Positions 9,418 to 18,682 of a stretch of 64,000 nucleotides of DNA are shown here, piece by piece. How positions within the stretch are numbered: the stretch's first letter is position 1; each line of letters opens with the position of its first letter. Below the pieces are notes generated by a model. It saw nothing but the letters and a program-made list of their open reading frames with translations. It was not told the origin of the DNA and did no database searches. Location: positions 7,081 through 71,080 of IMG/VR virus record IMGVR_UViG_2693429913_000001; one strand, given 5' to 3'. The translations under genes and the position numbers were made by a program. This stretch comes from a virus (lineage: Duplodnaviria; Caudoviricetes).

Positions 9418-9481
9418 AAATGTCTCCAGACCAAAAGATACTATTGTGATCACAATAGTATCTTTTGGTCTGGAGACATTT
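9418..9481. repeat. perfect 64-bp palindrome with no loop
   Basis: AAATGTCTCCAGACCAAAAGATACTATTGTGA|TCACAATAGTATCTTTTGGTCTGGAGACATTT; 32/32 complementary. Confidence 0.97.
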
Positions 9482-9494
9482 TAAAAATGCAAAT

Positions 9495-10478
9495 TTATTT
9501 AGGATAGATTTTTCGTATATTATCCATTGTTAAAAAGCCCTTTAAGTTATGGTATGATGTTAAGTTAAAACGATCGGCAACAATTTTAAGATCGTTCAGA
9601 GTAAGTTCCTTGGCATCTCCAATAATCTGATTTGCGTAACGCATCATACCAGAACGCTGAATCAGCTTCGGCTTTATATTATCAATACTCATTTTCCTCA
9701 TAACACTGTCTATCCTTTTATATATATTTTGTATTTCCAGTGGCGAATTTTTAAAATTGGAGTTACTATTAAGAGCCACACTTCTAACAACATATGTATT
9801 ATCTACCAAATCCTCAATAGATCCGTCTCTTGTCTTATAACTCTTTTGAATACGTGCGCCCATAATTAGTTCAATAGTACGCTCATCCACTTTCAGAGTC
9901 CGTTCTTTAAATCTCACAGGCAAACCTTTATCATCAGTTACAAGGCTATTAATTAATTGTACTGTATGATTATGAATATCAACATCGTCAATTTTTAAAT
10001 TCCGTATCTCGCTCATTTCCTTTCCTCCGACTCCTTCAAAGAGCAGGCGAAATATAACAGCATCTTGATAATTGTCACATTGGTCCTCAATTCTTCGCAA
10101 CTGGCCCTCTGCTAGATAAACTTCTTGATTGACCACATACTTCATAAAATCATCGGGTTTTAACTGTTCCAATAGATTGCTAGTAGCCAATCCTTTTTGA
10201 ACACACCATTTCAAGTAACCTGAAATTACACGTCCATATGATACAATAGTATTGCGATTATTCGATTTAAAACTATATAAAACCTTTTCTATTTCTTCAA
10301 ATGTAAACTGATTAAGATCTTTGTTCAACATTCGTTCCAATGCAGATGCAATTAACAATACCCTAGTATAATATTTTACTGTGTCTTGATTTGAAGATAA
10401 ACTATCAAAAAATAGATGCTTTATCTCTTCATTATATAAGGAACCATTCTTTCCACCCGTAACATCTCTTGACTTCAT
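9495..10478 (-). CDS. mrpR: MrpR/YopR-family lytic-cycle repressor (catalytically dead tyrosine-recombinase fold)
   Basis: YNEEIK...KDLNQFTFEEI...YLKW...NYQDAVIFRLLFEGVGGKEMSEI resembles SPbeta YopR; box I Arg and HxxR His are absent. Confidence 0.75.
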   Translation of the reverse strand: MKSRDVTGGKNGSLYNEEIKHLFFDSLSSNQDTVKYYTRVLLIASALERMLNKDLNQFTFEEIEKVLYSFKSNNRNTIVSYGRVISGYLKWCVQKGLATSNLLEQLKPDDFMKYVVNQEVYLAEGQLRRIEDQCDNYQDAVIFRLLFEGVGGKEMSEIRNLKIDDVDIHNHTVQLINSLVTDDKGLPVRFKERTLKVDERTIELIMGARIQKSYKTRDGSIEDLVDNTYVVRSVALNSNSNFKNSPLEIQNIYKRIDSVMRKMSIDNIKPKLIQRSGMMRYANQIIGDAKELTLNDLKIVADRFNLTSYHNLKGFLTMDNIRKIYPK

Positions 10479-10513
10479 TCAACAACCCACTCCCACTATC
10501 ATTTATCTCAATG

Positions 10514-10651
10514 AAGTACCGAAAAATAATTAAATAAACTGAATTCATCCTACTGTAATATCTTGAGGTTTTATTTAATCTCCCACTCTTAAATCGTTTA
10601 TCTCATCGTCTGTATTCCCTAAGTACAGAAAAATAATTACATAAACTGAAT
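10514..10651. repeat. 31-bp direct repeat (29/31) upstream of the mrpR-like gene
   Basis: AAGTACCGAAAAATAATTAAATAAACTGAAT (10514) and AAGTACAGAAAAATAATTACATAAACTGAAT (10621). Confidence 0.85.
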
Positions 10652-10677
10652 ATATGACAAGAAAAGTTTAATGTCAA
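10649..10677 (-). promoter_or_regulatory. sigmaA promoter of the mrpR-like gene
   Basis: TTGACA-17-TATATT on the minus strand. Confidence 0.65.
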
Positions 10678-10916
10678 ACCACAATCCAAATCTATGTAAA
10701 ATATTTCTAATATCAGCCTCCATTCGTTTATCAGAAAGTTAATTTATACACTTCAGGAAAATCAGGTTTCTAATATATTCATATAGCATAATTTCTCTAA
10801 CCATTTAACTATATAAAACAGCACCTCCAACTGTTGGGTTTCATTTCATGTCCAACAATTGGGGTGCTGTTTATTAACAAATAGAAAGTTTTTCGTCCAA
10901 TCCAATTATACAAGAG

Positions 10917-11343
10917 CTATTTCAACATCTCTTCCAACATACGCTCTGCATCATCAATTCTATCAAATACATCATCTAAATCATCATAGTCGCGATCGCT
11001 CAGAATTTCGGTTACTTCATCTAGATCACAATACCTCTCCTCTATTTTCTCTCTTCTGGATTCGGAAAGTTCATCCATATACTCATTCAGTTCCGAAGAA
11101 AATGACTCTACTTCATTGGATACATCATTTATACATTCTTCCAATACACCCGAGATAATCTCTTGCTTCAATTGGTCAGTATCCCAAGACTGTATATCAA
11201 GCTCTTGCAATTCTTCATCCAATTCATCCACTTTGGTCAATACTTTCAAGAATACTAGGCTTCTTCTCATTTAACTCTTTTCTTGCTTCTTCCATAGATA
11301 CAAGTATATCTGTCAATCTTTCTTTCTGTTCTGTACGGTTCAA
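10917..11343 (-). pseudogene. acidic coiled-coil hypothetical protein with a probable +1 frameshift at ~11237
   Basis: RBS AAGGAG + TTG at 11343 gives MNRTEQKERL...SILESIDQ, then a stop; the acidic body (VDELDEELQE...) continues in the adjacent frame as ORF 10917..11270, which lacks its own RBS. Confidence 0.55.
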
Positions 11344-11373
11344 GTTGTATTCTCCTTTTGACGTACTTATTAT

Positions 11374-11778
11374 TTATGCCTTGACCTTGTCTGTGATATG
11401 GCAAATTTCCTCTTCAAGCGTAGACTTAAGGATGCCTCTAGTTCTTGCAAACAGAGTGACCCCTCTCCGCATTTTGAAATCTAGCTTGTCCCATATATCG
11501 GAGTCTTCCATCTGTTTCAAGCCTGCATTCAATTCCTCTACCTTACCATTAAAACCATTCTTGATGGAAACTTTTCCAAAAAAAGTTTGAATCTGATCAT
11601 CATCCAAATAGTTGATAAGCTCAGCAAAGCATTTATATGATTCTGTATATTGAGCCAGAGCTTCATCACTAGTTCTTTCTTCAACCAATTCCTTACAAAT
11701 ATCTAGCAACTTAATCAAATCTGTTTTCATTATAAAAACTCCTCTTCGTATTTGTAGGTAGCCGTTTTCATAATACAT
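11374..11778 (-). CDS. hypothetical phage protein
   Basis: ORF with internal RBS GAGGAG before MKTDLI; co-oriented with the operon. Confidence 0.6.
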   Translation of the reverse strand: MYYENGYLQIRRGVFIMKTDLIKLLDICKELVEERTSDEALAQYTESYKCFAELINYLDDDQIQTFFGKVSIKNGFNGKVEELNAGLKQMEDSDIWDKLDFKMRRGVTLFARTRGILKSTLEEEICHITDKVKA

Positions 11779-11794
11779 TTATGTCGTGCAACGA

Positions 11795-12269
11795 TTACTG
11801 ATGAACTACCCCTTTTAAACATATTAACTTTTTCGAACAACATTTTGATAGATATTTCTCAATTTTTCTTTTTCGTGGAGTACCACCTAAATATACGTTG
11901 CATCCCGAGCAATGGTATAAATACCCCTCTCCTTGATATAAGGTTGTCTTGGTGCCCGAAATGCCAAGCCTTCGCAATTCACTTTCAAAATAAACTTCTC
12001 CATCTCTAAACGGCTTCTGCAACATAAAACATGCGTAATGAACTAACCCATGATATACGGTATCTAATATTTCCTCATCAGACCCGTAAACAAGAAGCTT
12101 TTTAGAGATGTCAATCTTTACTGGGATGCGGTTAACAACATCACAGTGAAAAACTCCCTAATACTTTTTTAATTCTGCCGTTACTCACGATCGGGATCAT
12201 GAGCTTCAGCTTGTACTCTTTTTCAAAAAAGGCATTAGCGATCCTAACAATCTCCTCTTCTGTCAACAT
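11795..12269 (-). pseudogene. SprT-like Zn-metalloprotease remnant (frameshift at ~12158; HExxH changed to HGLVH)
   Basis: RBS AAGGGAG + ATG 12269: MLTEEEIVRIANAFFEKEYKLKLMIPIVSNGRIKKVLG, then a shifted frame GVF...KIDISKKLL...EILDTVYHGLVHYACF...PFRDGEVYFESELRRLG...YHCSGC joins ORF 11795..12025. Confidence 0.7.
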
Positions 12270-12293
12270 GGCATCTCCCTTTGAAAAAACATA

Positions 12294-12311
12294 ATAAAAG
12301 TAACCTTTTAT
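12294..12311. promoter_or_regulatory. SPBRE-like palindromic box ATAAAA-N6-TTTTAT
   Basis: ATAAAAGTAACCTTTTAT; a second copy at 14312-14329 (ATAAAAATGCTCTTTTAT); degenerate copies at 8740-8757 and 14149-14166. Confidence 0.5.
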
Positions 12312-12408
12312 CCACTTTGGAATATGTAGGGGGCTACTAGGTTGACTCCCTACAAGAGCTTGTACACTTTCAATCAGAGTAACCTTATTGGGGTTGTCAG
12401 TAGGAATG

Positions 12409-13143
12409 TCAATTATTTTCTAGAAACGGTTTATGATGCTTTTCTTCTAAAGCTTTCCGTGCCGCAGTAGCATCCTCTATAGTATCATAATAACCTGCTC
12501 GGTATGTTTTTCCGTTGATCGTGAGGTAAGCGGTGTACTTTATACTACCGTTTGGCAACTCCATCCTACCAACGCCTTTTACCCCCGTTGAGTTGTTGCT
12601 TCCAACTTTTCTTTTAAGAGAAGGCACATGTGCGCCCGCTTTATTATTTTTCTCCCGATAATTTTGCATTGAAATTTGAACGTTTGATTTTCTTAAACAG
12701 CCACATGACTTGACATGTTCTCTTTTCAAGTCAAATGAGTGTACATCCTTTTGTTCCCCACAATCACATTGACATCTCCACAACGTATTGGATTTTCTCT
12801 CGATAGTCACAAGCAAACCGAAACGATCTCCTGCGTGTACATCATTGACCACGTTTCGGTTTCGCACACTCTCTACCTGTAAACATCCACACGATCTAGT
12901 TTCTCCGTTAGCGAGGCTACTCCCGCGTATAGCTTTCGTATTCCCACAGGTACATTTACAATGCCAGTAGCGACTGCGATTTTTCACTCCTGCATCTTCT
13001 ATGACAGTTAGTCTGCCAAATACTTTACCTGTTAAATCTTTTTGAGGTTTAGATGATTTGTTTAGGTCTTTAGGTGACATATACTCCAACTCCTCTCTCA
13101 TGTTGCACATCATTTCTTTTTGGTAGCCCCCCACCACATACAA
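12409..13143 (-). CDS. AP2-domain protein with two Cys-rich repeats (homing-endonuclease-associated architecture)
   Basis: Two G..FG.L.....W.C.C.CG......L.....SCGC repeats and a C-terminal NNSTGVKGV...Y.AY...AG.Y.TIEDA..AR AP2 domain; likely start ATG 13080. Confidence 0.75.
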   Translation of the reverse strand: MYVVGGYQKEMMCNMREELEYMSPKDLNKSSKPQKDLTGKVFGRLTVIEDAGVKNRSRYWHCKCTCGNTKAIRGSSLANGETRSCGCLQVESVRNRNVVNDVHAGDRFGLLVTIERKSNTLWRCQCDCGEQKDVHSFDLKREHVKSCGCLRKSNVQISMQNYREKNNKAGAHVPSLKRKVGSNNSTGVKGVGRMELPNGSIKYTAYLTINGKTYRAGYYDTIEDATAARKALEEKHHKPFLENN

Positions 13144-13168
13144 TGATGAGGGACTACTTTCATTTCAA

Positions 13169-13363
13169 TCATTCGATTTCGACGTATTTCCCTATAATGG
13201 ATAGGGCTTGGTTATAACTATCGCTATTTTCCACCTCCTCTATCATGGAGACGACTTGCTCGTCCATGTTTGCTTCTCTCAATGCTCGGCGGGCAATCAC
13301 CATCAGGTTATAAATGTTCCCGTCTTGCCCGAGTAATCGTACTGTTGGCTTATCTGTATTCAT
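13169..13363 (-). CDS. small conserved phage protein
   Basis: RBS AAGGAGG; KPTVRLLGQDGNIYNLM..ARRAL motif seen in Firmicute phages. Confidence 0.7.
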   Translation of the reverse strand: MNTDKPTVRLLGQDGNIYNLMVIARRALREANMDEQVVSMIEEVENSDSYNQALSIIGKYVEIE

Positions 13364-13509
13364 TTTTGAATCCCTCCTTTATATTGAATATTCCATAATT
13401 TATAGCTATCCTTGAGGGCTCCACTCCTAAAATCACACATCTTATTTCACATTCGATTCACCTACTTGTTCCTATTGCATTATAACCGCAACAACACAAA
13501 TCTTTAATG

Positions 13510-14130
13510 CTAGACTGCTATTGTTGTAAATCTAGGCAAGCCGCTTCTTCTTAAGGCCTCCTCACTTGCATGACATCGAATTGTGATACTATTTTCATCC
13601 ATTTCTCGAAGTGTAATTACAGTAAATCTTTCATTTAATGCCTTTTTATACATATCATCTATCTTTCGATATGCTTCTCTTCGTCGAGATGCTAATTCAT
13701 GGTTCACATCAAAATTATCAATTAGGTCATACTTATCCCGTTCCCTGTAGACATCGTAGCCATAGAACTCATCCAGCACTTCAACAGAATCAAACTGGCA
13801 ATTTACAACTTCATTGATCCATTCTGTAATGCTTGCTTTTGTATAATCCAATTTATAGATTTTATCAAAGTTCCTCTCTACTTCATGGCACTGTTTAAGA
13901 CCTTCAACAACATCACCAATCTTATATAAGTGTGGTACAGATAAAGCCCTTGCTTGATCTTTTATCTCCTTATAACTATTTTTCTTGTAACGAGGAGTTG
14001 CACTTAATTCCACATAATATGCAATCCCGTCCAGATTAGAAAATGCAGTACGAATTCGGTAGTTTCTCAAATCTCCTACCACTTCAGATGAAAATGGGTT
14101 TCCAACACCTTCAAAGTATAAGATTCTCAT
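13510..14130 (-). CDS. hypothetical phage protein
   Basis: 206-aa ORF with RBS AAGGAG. Confidence 0.7.
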   Translation of the reverse strand: MRILYFEGVGNPFSSEVVGDLRNYRIRTAFSNLDGIAYYVELSATPRYKKNSYKEIKDQARALSVPHLYKIGDVVEGLKQCHEVERNFDKIYKLDYTKASITEWINEVVNCQFDSVEVLDEFYGYDVYRERDKYDLIDNFDVNHELASRRREAYRKIDDMYKKALNERFTVITLREMDENSITIRCHASEEALRRSGLPRFTTIAV

Positions 14131-14325
14131 TTGTCACAGCTCCTTTTATTAAAATGTCATTTCTTAAGAGGGTCATGTACACGTTGTTTTGTACCATGAC
14201 TCTATCATCCGACCATTCTTGTTCGTAATCTCATATTTTGCCTCACCTCCCTATGTAGTAAATGCGACCGAACACTGCTATTCTTCTAAAGCTCTTCCAG
14301 AGTGCAACTGTATAAAAATGCTCTT

Positions 14326-14634
14326 TTATTCATCTCTTCGTATCAATTCGCCTTCATATGATACATCTTCCAGACGTTCAAACTGTTTGATCTGAAAGTA
14401 AATACTTTTATCCTTAAAGCCTTGTTTGCCATAATGTTTTTGTATGTGTTCCGACAAAACACGGTATTTCTCAGGGATTTTTGTGTATAGAGAAAGTTTT
14501 TTGTCTAACTCGCCTTCCACATCTGTTAGCACTATCTGTTGCGAACCTATAACAACGTACTGTTCTTTGCTCCAGTCAAGAAAAGATGCAGAATCATAAA
14601 ACGTAACATCATAATCAACTAGAAACTTTGGCAT
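14326..14634 (-). CDS. hypothetical phage protein
   Basis: 102-aa ORF with RBS GAGGGGG. Confidence 0.6.
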   Translation of the reverse strand: MPKFLVDYDVTFYDSASFLDWSKEQYVVIGSQQIVLTDVEGELDKKLSLYTKIPEKYRVLSEHIQKHYGKQGFKDKSIYFQIKQFERLEDVSYEGELIRRDE

Positions 14635-14730
14635 ATGTTAGTCCCCCTCTGGATACATCTGCTTTTTTAATCATCTTTGTTCCTGTGTGCATTTCATCGC
14701 CATTTAAATCATTTTTTGAAGAGAGAGGAG

Positions 14731-15306
14731 TTAGTCCCTCTCATATAAATCGATCCCTTCTTCATCTTCATCTTTGAATAAAATATATAAACTGCTTGGA
14801 CGGTTTGGATTTGATATAAAAGCACCTAAATCTGGAAAGAGTTTAAAAGGATTCCCCTCTATAAATAGACTTTCATAACTTTCAGAGTCAAAACTCTCAA
14901 CCCTTATTGACATATAGTCCTCCAAGTTTATACTTTCGGCTCTCTCTCGTGTTACTGGAACCACAGTGTATTTTAGATTACGCAAAACATCATGCGCTTC
15001 CTCATCAGTTAACGAAATGCTTCTCCCTTCGTCGTCATGCTTACAGATAATTAGCGTTCCAGCTAGAACATCCTTTCCCATAAGCAATTCTCCCCGATGC
15101 TTTTTAAAAGACACTAACCAACAGTTTGGGTCAAGACTATCAAGTTTCCCTTCTTCATTGATCCAGAGATCGTACCCGTTGGGTAACTCAACTACTTCTA
15201 CAAGCCCTTCTACTGTTTCTTGCAGAAATTTCAAACCCACTTCCTCACGGTCTAGCTCAACAACTTGATACTCTTCGAACGGATTTTTGATTATCACTTT
15301 ACCCAT
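14731..15306 (-). CDS. DUF3846-domain protein
   Basis: LQETVEGLVEVV...LWINEEGKL..LDPN...LAGTLII...G.SISLTDEE signature. Confidence 0.75.
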   Translation of the reverse strand: MGKVIIKNPFEEYQVVELDREEVGLKFLQETVEGLVEVVELPNGYDLWINEEGKLDSLDPNCWLVSFKKHRGELLMGKDVLAGTLIICKHDDEGRSISLTDEEAHDVLRNLKYTVVPVTRERAESINLEDYMSIRVESFDSESYESLFIEGNPFKLFPDLGAFISNPNRPSSLYILFKDEDEEGIDLYERD

Positions 15307-15339
15307 AACAACAACCCCGATCTATATAATAATATACAA

Positions 15340-15391
15340 CTTATTTTATGTACTTGTTTAGTATATTAAACTCTCAATCAACTATTGTCAA
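15340..15391 (-). promoter_or_regulatory. leftward early promoter plus operator-like motif
   Basis: TTGACA-17-TAATAT (15391-15363) followed by AAGTACATAAAATAAG (15355-15340). Confidence 0.65.
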
Positions 15392-15633
15392 TATGTTTGT
15401 ATAAATATTTTTATTCTAACTATTGATAGGGACACGGAACAATAGGGGGAGACTGTTTTCGATGAACACTACTTATCCATTTTTTGATTCAGTTTTGGGC
15501 GTATTAGATGATATAACTGCAAATATTCGATCTTACATGACATCTATCCTAATACAGATAAGACTATCCATCATTCCGATCTATTCAATTATCAATCTTC
15601 CATAGCCTTGGTAATGTGAGAAAGATAGAATAA

Positions 15634-15669
15634 AAAAACATGTATAGAATAAGCCCTATACATGTTTTT
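15634..15669. terminator. bidirectional terminator-like hairpin
   Basis: AAAAACATGTATAG-N8-CTATACATGTTTTT. Confidence 0.55.
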
Positions 15670-16080
15670 ATTTAATAATCCACCCCTCTACAAATTAACG
15701 ACATTTGAATGATGCAAATTAATATTGCGGCATCACACTAGCTATTAATAGATAGGTTGACTTATTTCATGAAACACCTAGACATTGACCGTCATAATCA
15801 CTAAGCACACCAGCATTATCCCTTTTCATCTTCTACTACCAATTTCCTTTGTCAACTCCACACTTTATTGACTCTCTCGAATTTACTACCATCTCTCTTT
15901 TTGAACACATAATAGACTTAGCAACTTTTACAGAAACCTGTTAATTATATTAATTATAGATTTCCTACATTTAACCTATGCGGTTATACATGTTTCAAAC
16001 TCATGGGACCCACGAATATATGAGATTATTCAATATTCAATTTAATTATATAAAATAGTTAATTTCTTTATATAAATATA

Positions 16081-16132
16081 TTGACAAGAGAAATTAGAGA
16101 GTCTAACATAATAATTAAAGTACATAAAATAA
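16081..16132 (+). promoter_or_regulatory. rightward early promoter plus operator-like motif
   Basis: TTGACA-17-TAACAT followed by AAGTACATAAAATAA (16118-16132). Confidence 0.65.
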
Positions 16133-16145
16133 ATCGTATATCTAA

Positions 16146-16565
16146 ATGTACTATTTGGAGGGAAGAAAAATGAACCGTGATAGGTCCTATATTGAGATTT
16201 TTAAGGATGTTGAGTATTTTCATCCTGACAATGGATGCGGTTATTACTACTGTGAAATATCAAAGAAGATCAAGCAAGACTCTTCTAAATGGTTAGTGTA
16301 TACAGATAGTAAAGTTCAGCGCTTAAACAAAAGTGAATTAGAAGCATTTCACTTGCCTGTTAGGATCGAGCAATGGAGCCTATCCGAAGATAAAAAGCAT
16401 CTTGTTTATAGCCGTTTGGAAAACATGGAGGGTTTCGAGACCGAACCGACAAGAGACAGAACCCTGTATCTAGCTACGTATTTGTTGTATTTGTCCCGAG
16501 TCACTTATTTTAGTACCAACGATTACAAAGATCTGCTAAACAATCAACCTATAGAGGAGAAATGA
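16146..16565 (+). CDS. hypothetical phage protein
   Basis: ORF downstream of the promoter; likely start ATG 16170 after GGAGGGA. Confidence 0.65.
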   Translation: MYYLEGRKMNRDRSYIEIFKDVEYFHPDNGCGYYYCEISKKIKQDSSKWLVYTDSKVQRLNKSELEAFHLPVRIEQWSLSEDKKHLVYSRLENMEGFETEPTRDRTLYLATYLLYLSRVTYFSTNDYKDLLNNQPIEEK

Positions 16566-16568
16566 TAT

Positions 16569-17129
16569 ATGGATACAGATATCAATATCTACATTGCCAA
16601 TTTAGGAAAATACAGCGAGGGGGAACTGGTCGGCGAATGGGTAGAGCTACCAGTTGATGACAATTTTCAAGAAGTGTTTTGTAAAATCGGTTTAGGCTAT
16701 CTGGATGATAGTGGAGATTACCACCATGGATTAGAGGTAAACGGCGTTTGTTATGAAGAGTTTGCAATACATGATTATGAAGCACCCTTTAGAATCGAAG
16801 AGTACGAGAGTATATATAAGCTTAACGACATTGCCGAAAAGTTGGACGAGCTGGAAGAGGAAGAAAAGAAGGTTGCTATTATCCTAATGGATGATATTGG
16901 TCTTACGATAGATCAAGCTGTTGACGATGTTAAGGACTACAATTATCGATTGTGGAATGAGGATAGCATGAGTGACATTGCTTGTGCATGGCATGAAGAG
17001 TGTGGAAGCTTTGATGACAACAATCCTTTATCTTGGTATATTGATTGGGAGAGAGTCGGACGAGATATGGAGATGGATGGGACGTTCATTGAAATTGAAA
17101 GTGGTTTGTGGCTGGAATATTTCAACTAG
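16569..17129 (+). CDS. ardA: antirestriction protein ArdA (DNA mimic)
   Basis: IYIANLGKYSEGELVGEWVELP, EEFAIHDYE, YIDWERVGRDM; highly acidic. Confidence 0.92.
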   Translation: MDTDINIYIANLGKYSEGELVGEWVELPVDDNFQEVFCKIGLGYLDDSGDYHHGLEVNGVCYEEFAIHDYEAPFRIEEYESIYKLNDIAEKLDELEEEEKKVAIILMDDIGLTIDQAVDDVKDYNYRLWNEDSMSDIACAWHEECGSFDDNNPLSWYIDWERVGRDMEMDGTFIEIESGLWLEYFN

Positions 17130-17154
17130 CTTAAAATAATGACAATTATATCTA

Positions 17155-17187
17155 AGTTAAAAGGTGTCCTATGGATGCCTTTTAACT
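17155..17187 (+). terminator. terminator after ardA
   Basis: AGTTAAAAGGTGTCC-TAT-GGATGCCTTTTAACT stem-loop. Confidence 0.6.
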
Positions 17188-17867
17188 GTGTATATAGTAG
17201 TTATATAGATTGGGTTATATTGGTGGTGGTGACAATGTTGGTGACTTACAGTTTTTGGAACTTGTTATATTAAATAGATCGTGTGTGTCTCCTTGTTGTG
17301 AAACAGCTAGTAACAATATCCAAACTATGGAAATCAACAAATACCCCTTTGACCGTCACCCGTCTCATTCACTCCAAAACTCCCCCTCCCCTATACCCTC
17401 CTTTCGATCTCATTTATTCCTAAGTACCCTATAATGTACGTTATAGGGGTACTTTTTGACCTTTTCAAATGACCGATTCGGCAGAGGACAGGGGAGCTGT
17501 ACCACTCCCACACCCTATTATCAAATCGAGGTCTCAGATCTAAAAATCATTTTTCTATTATCCTATAAATGGTAATTAACCTCTTAATCGCACGTTTTCT
17601 CGCACGAGAAAGCATTCTCTATTGAGACATTTGTGACGCACTTATTTGATCTAATATATTATCTATTGCTTAATTTTTACGATCATAACTCCCTTTATAG
17701 ACATACTTCTTTCGTGCGAATCTATCTATTTTTCTGGATTATCTATTTAAACTCCCCTCTATCAACATACTTACAGAGAGCTATTCTGTGCCTTTCACAA
17801 CATGAAAAAAAGCAAGGATCTCTATTATTGGAGTATCCCTTGCTTTTTTATTTATATAGACTACACA

Positions 17868-18488
17868 CTACAATGTACTAACTAATCCTGTACAAACAGC
17901 CGATATCATCCAAAATAGAATGGCAATGATCCATGACTTCTTAGGCGATAGATTGGTTAAGGTCGCTAGACCCATTGCAAAGAGAGTGGTAAACCATATT
18001 TCGAATAGATCAACACAGCTTAGAACCCCTGCCCAGAAGCCCTTAACAGGGAGCATACTGGCAAAACTGGTATAGTGTACCTCTGGATTAGTTCGGAATA
18101 GAAACGTAAGTAAAAGGCTCCCTATTAGACCCAATAGCGAAATAAACCAGAGATTCATATTTAGCGAGAATGAATGCTTAAATGAGATGTTTCCACCAAA
18201 TAGCTTGACGATCCCTTGCGTAATCCATGACATGATCATGATTGATAAGACAATGAACACATACATAATCATGAAAACGAATAAGGCCAACACTCCAACG
18301 AGTGCGATATGCACTCCAGAATTGCCTGCAAATGTGAAGAATGAAGGCTCATCTAGAAAAACGTATACCACCATAGTCAGAAGAGACAATACTGTTAATG
18401 GAATCCAAGCAATAGCGGGGTTGCTCTTCATCGCCTCAAATTGTTCTTTCGGTTTTGTGATAAGTCCGATTAAAGATGGTTTTTTCAA
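17868..18488 (-). CDS. Yip1-family membrane protein
   Basis: N-terminal LITKPKEQFEAMK..P..WIPL, about 5 TM helices, FGGNISFK, DLFEIWF; resembles the YknW/Yip1 type. Confidence 0.75.
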   Translation of the reverse strand: MKKPSLIGLITKPKEQFEAMKSNPAIAWIPLTVLSLLTMVVYVFLDEPSFFTFAGNSGVHIALVGVLALFVFMIMYVFIVLSIMIMSWITQGIVKLFGGNISFKHSFSLNMNLWFISLLGLIGSLLLTFLFRTNPEVHYTSFASMLPVKGFWAGVLSCVDLFEIWFTTLFAMGLATLTNLSPKKSWIIAILFWMISAVCTGLVSTL

Positions 18489-18556
18489 GTATATTCCTCA
18501 ATTTCTCTGTTTTATATGTAAAGGTTGCCTACGTCGATTAGGCAACTCGAAAGCTG

Positions 18557-18682
18557 TTATCTCATTGTCTGGCGAACGATCTCCTCAACCAAGTCCTTCG
18601 AATGAGACACAGGTTTAGATGTTTTCTGTATGATAAAATCCCCACTGCTGAAATACGATAGCAATTTCTCTAACAAATTCAT
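18557..18682 (-). CDS. putative small protein (41 aa)
   Basis: RBS GGAGG; MNLLEKLLSYFSSGDFIIQKTSKPVSHSKDLVEEIVRQTMR; start overlaps the upstream stop (ATGA); followed by a hairpin at ~18522-18546. Confidence 0.4.
   Translation of the reverse strand: MNLLEKLLSYFSSGDFIIQKTSKPVSHSKDLVEEIVRQTMR

Noticed and set aside
9495-10478. Calling this the prophage integrase or a protelomerase
   Set aside because: Catalytic Arg/His/Tyr are not recognisable, and the sequence fits the MrpR repressor pattern better.
15423-16000. ORF 15423..15605 and fragments in the spacer
   Set aside because: No RBS or recognisable product; at most degraded remnants.
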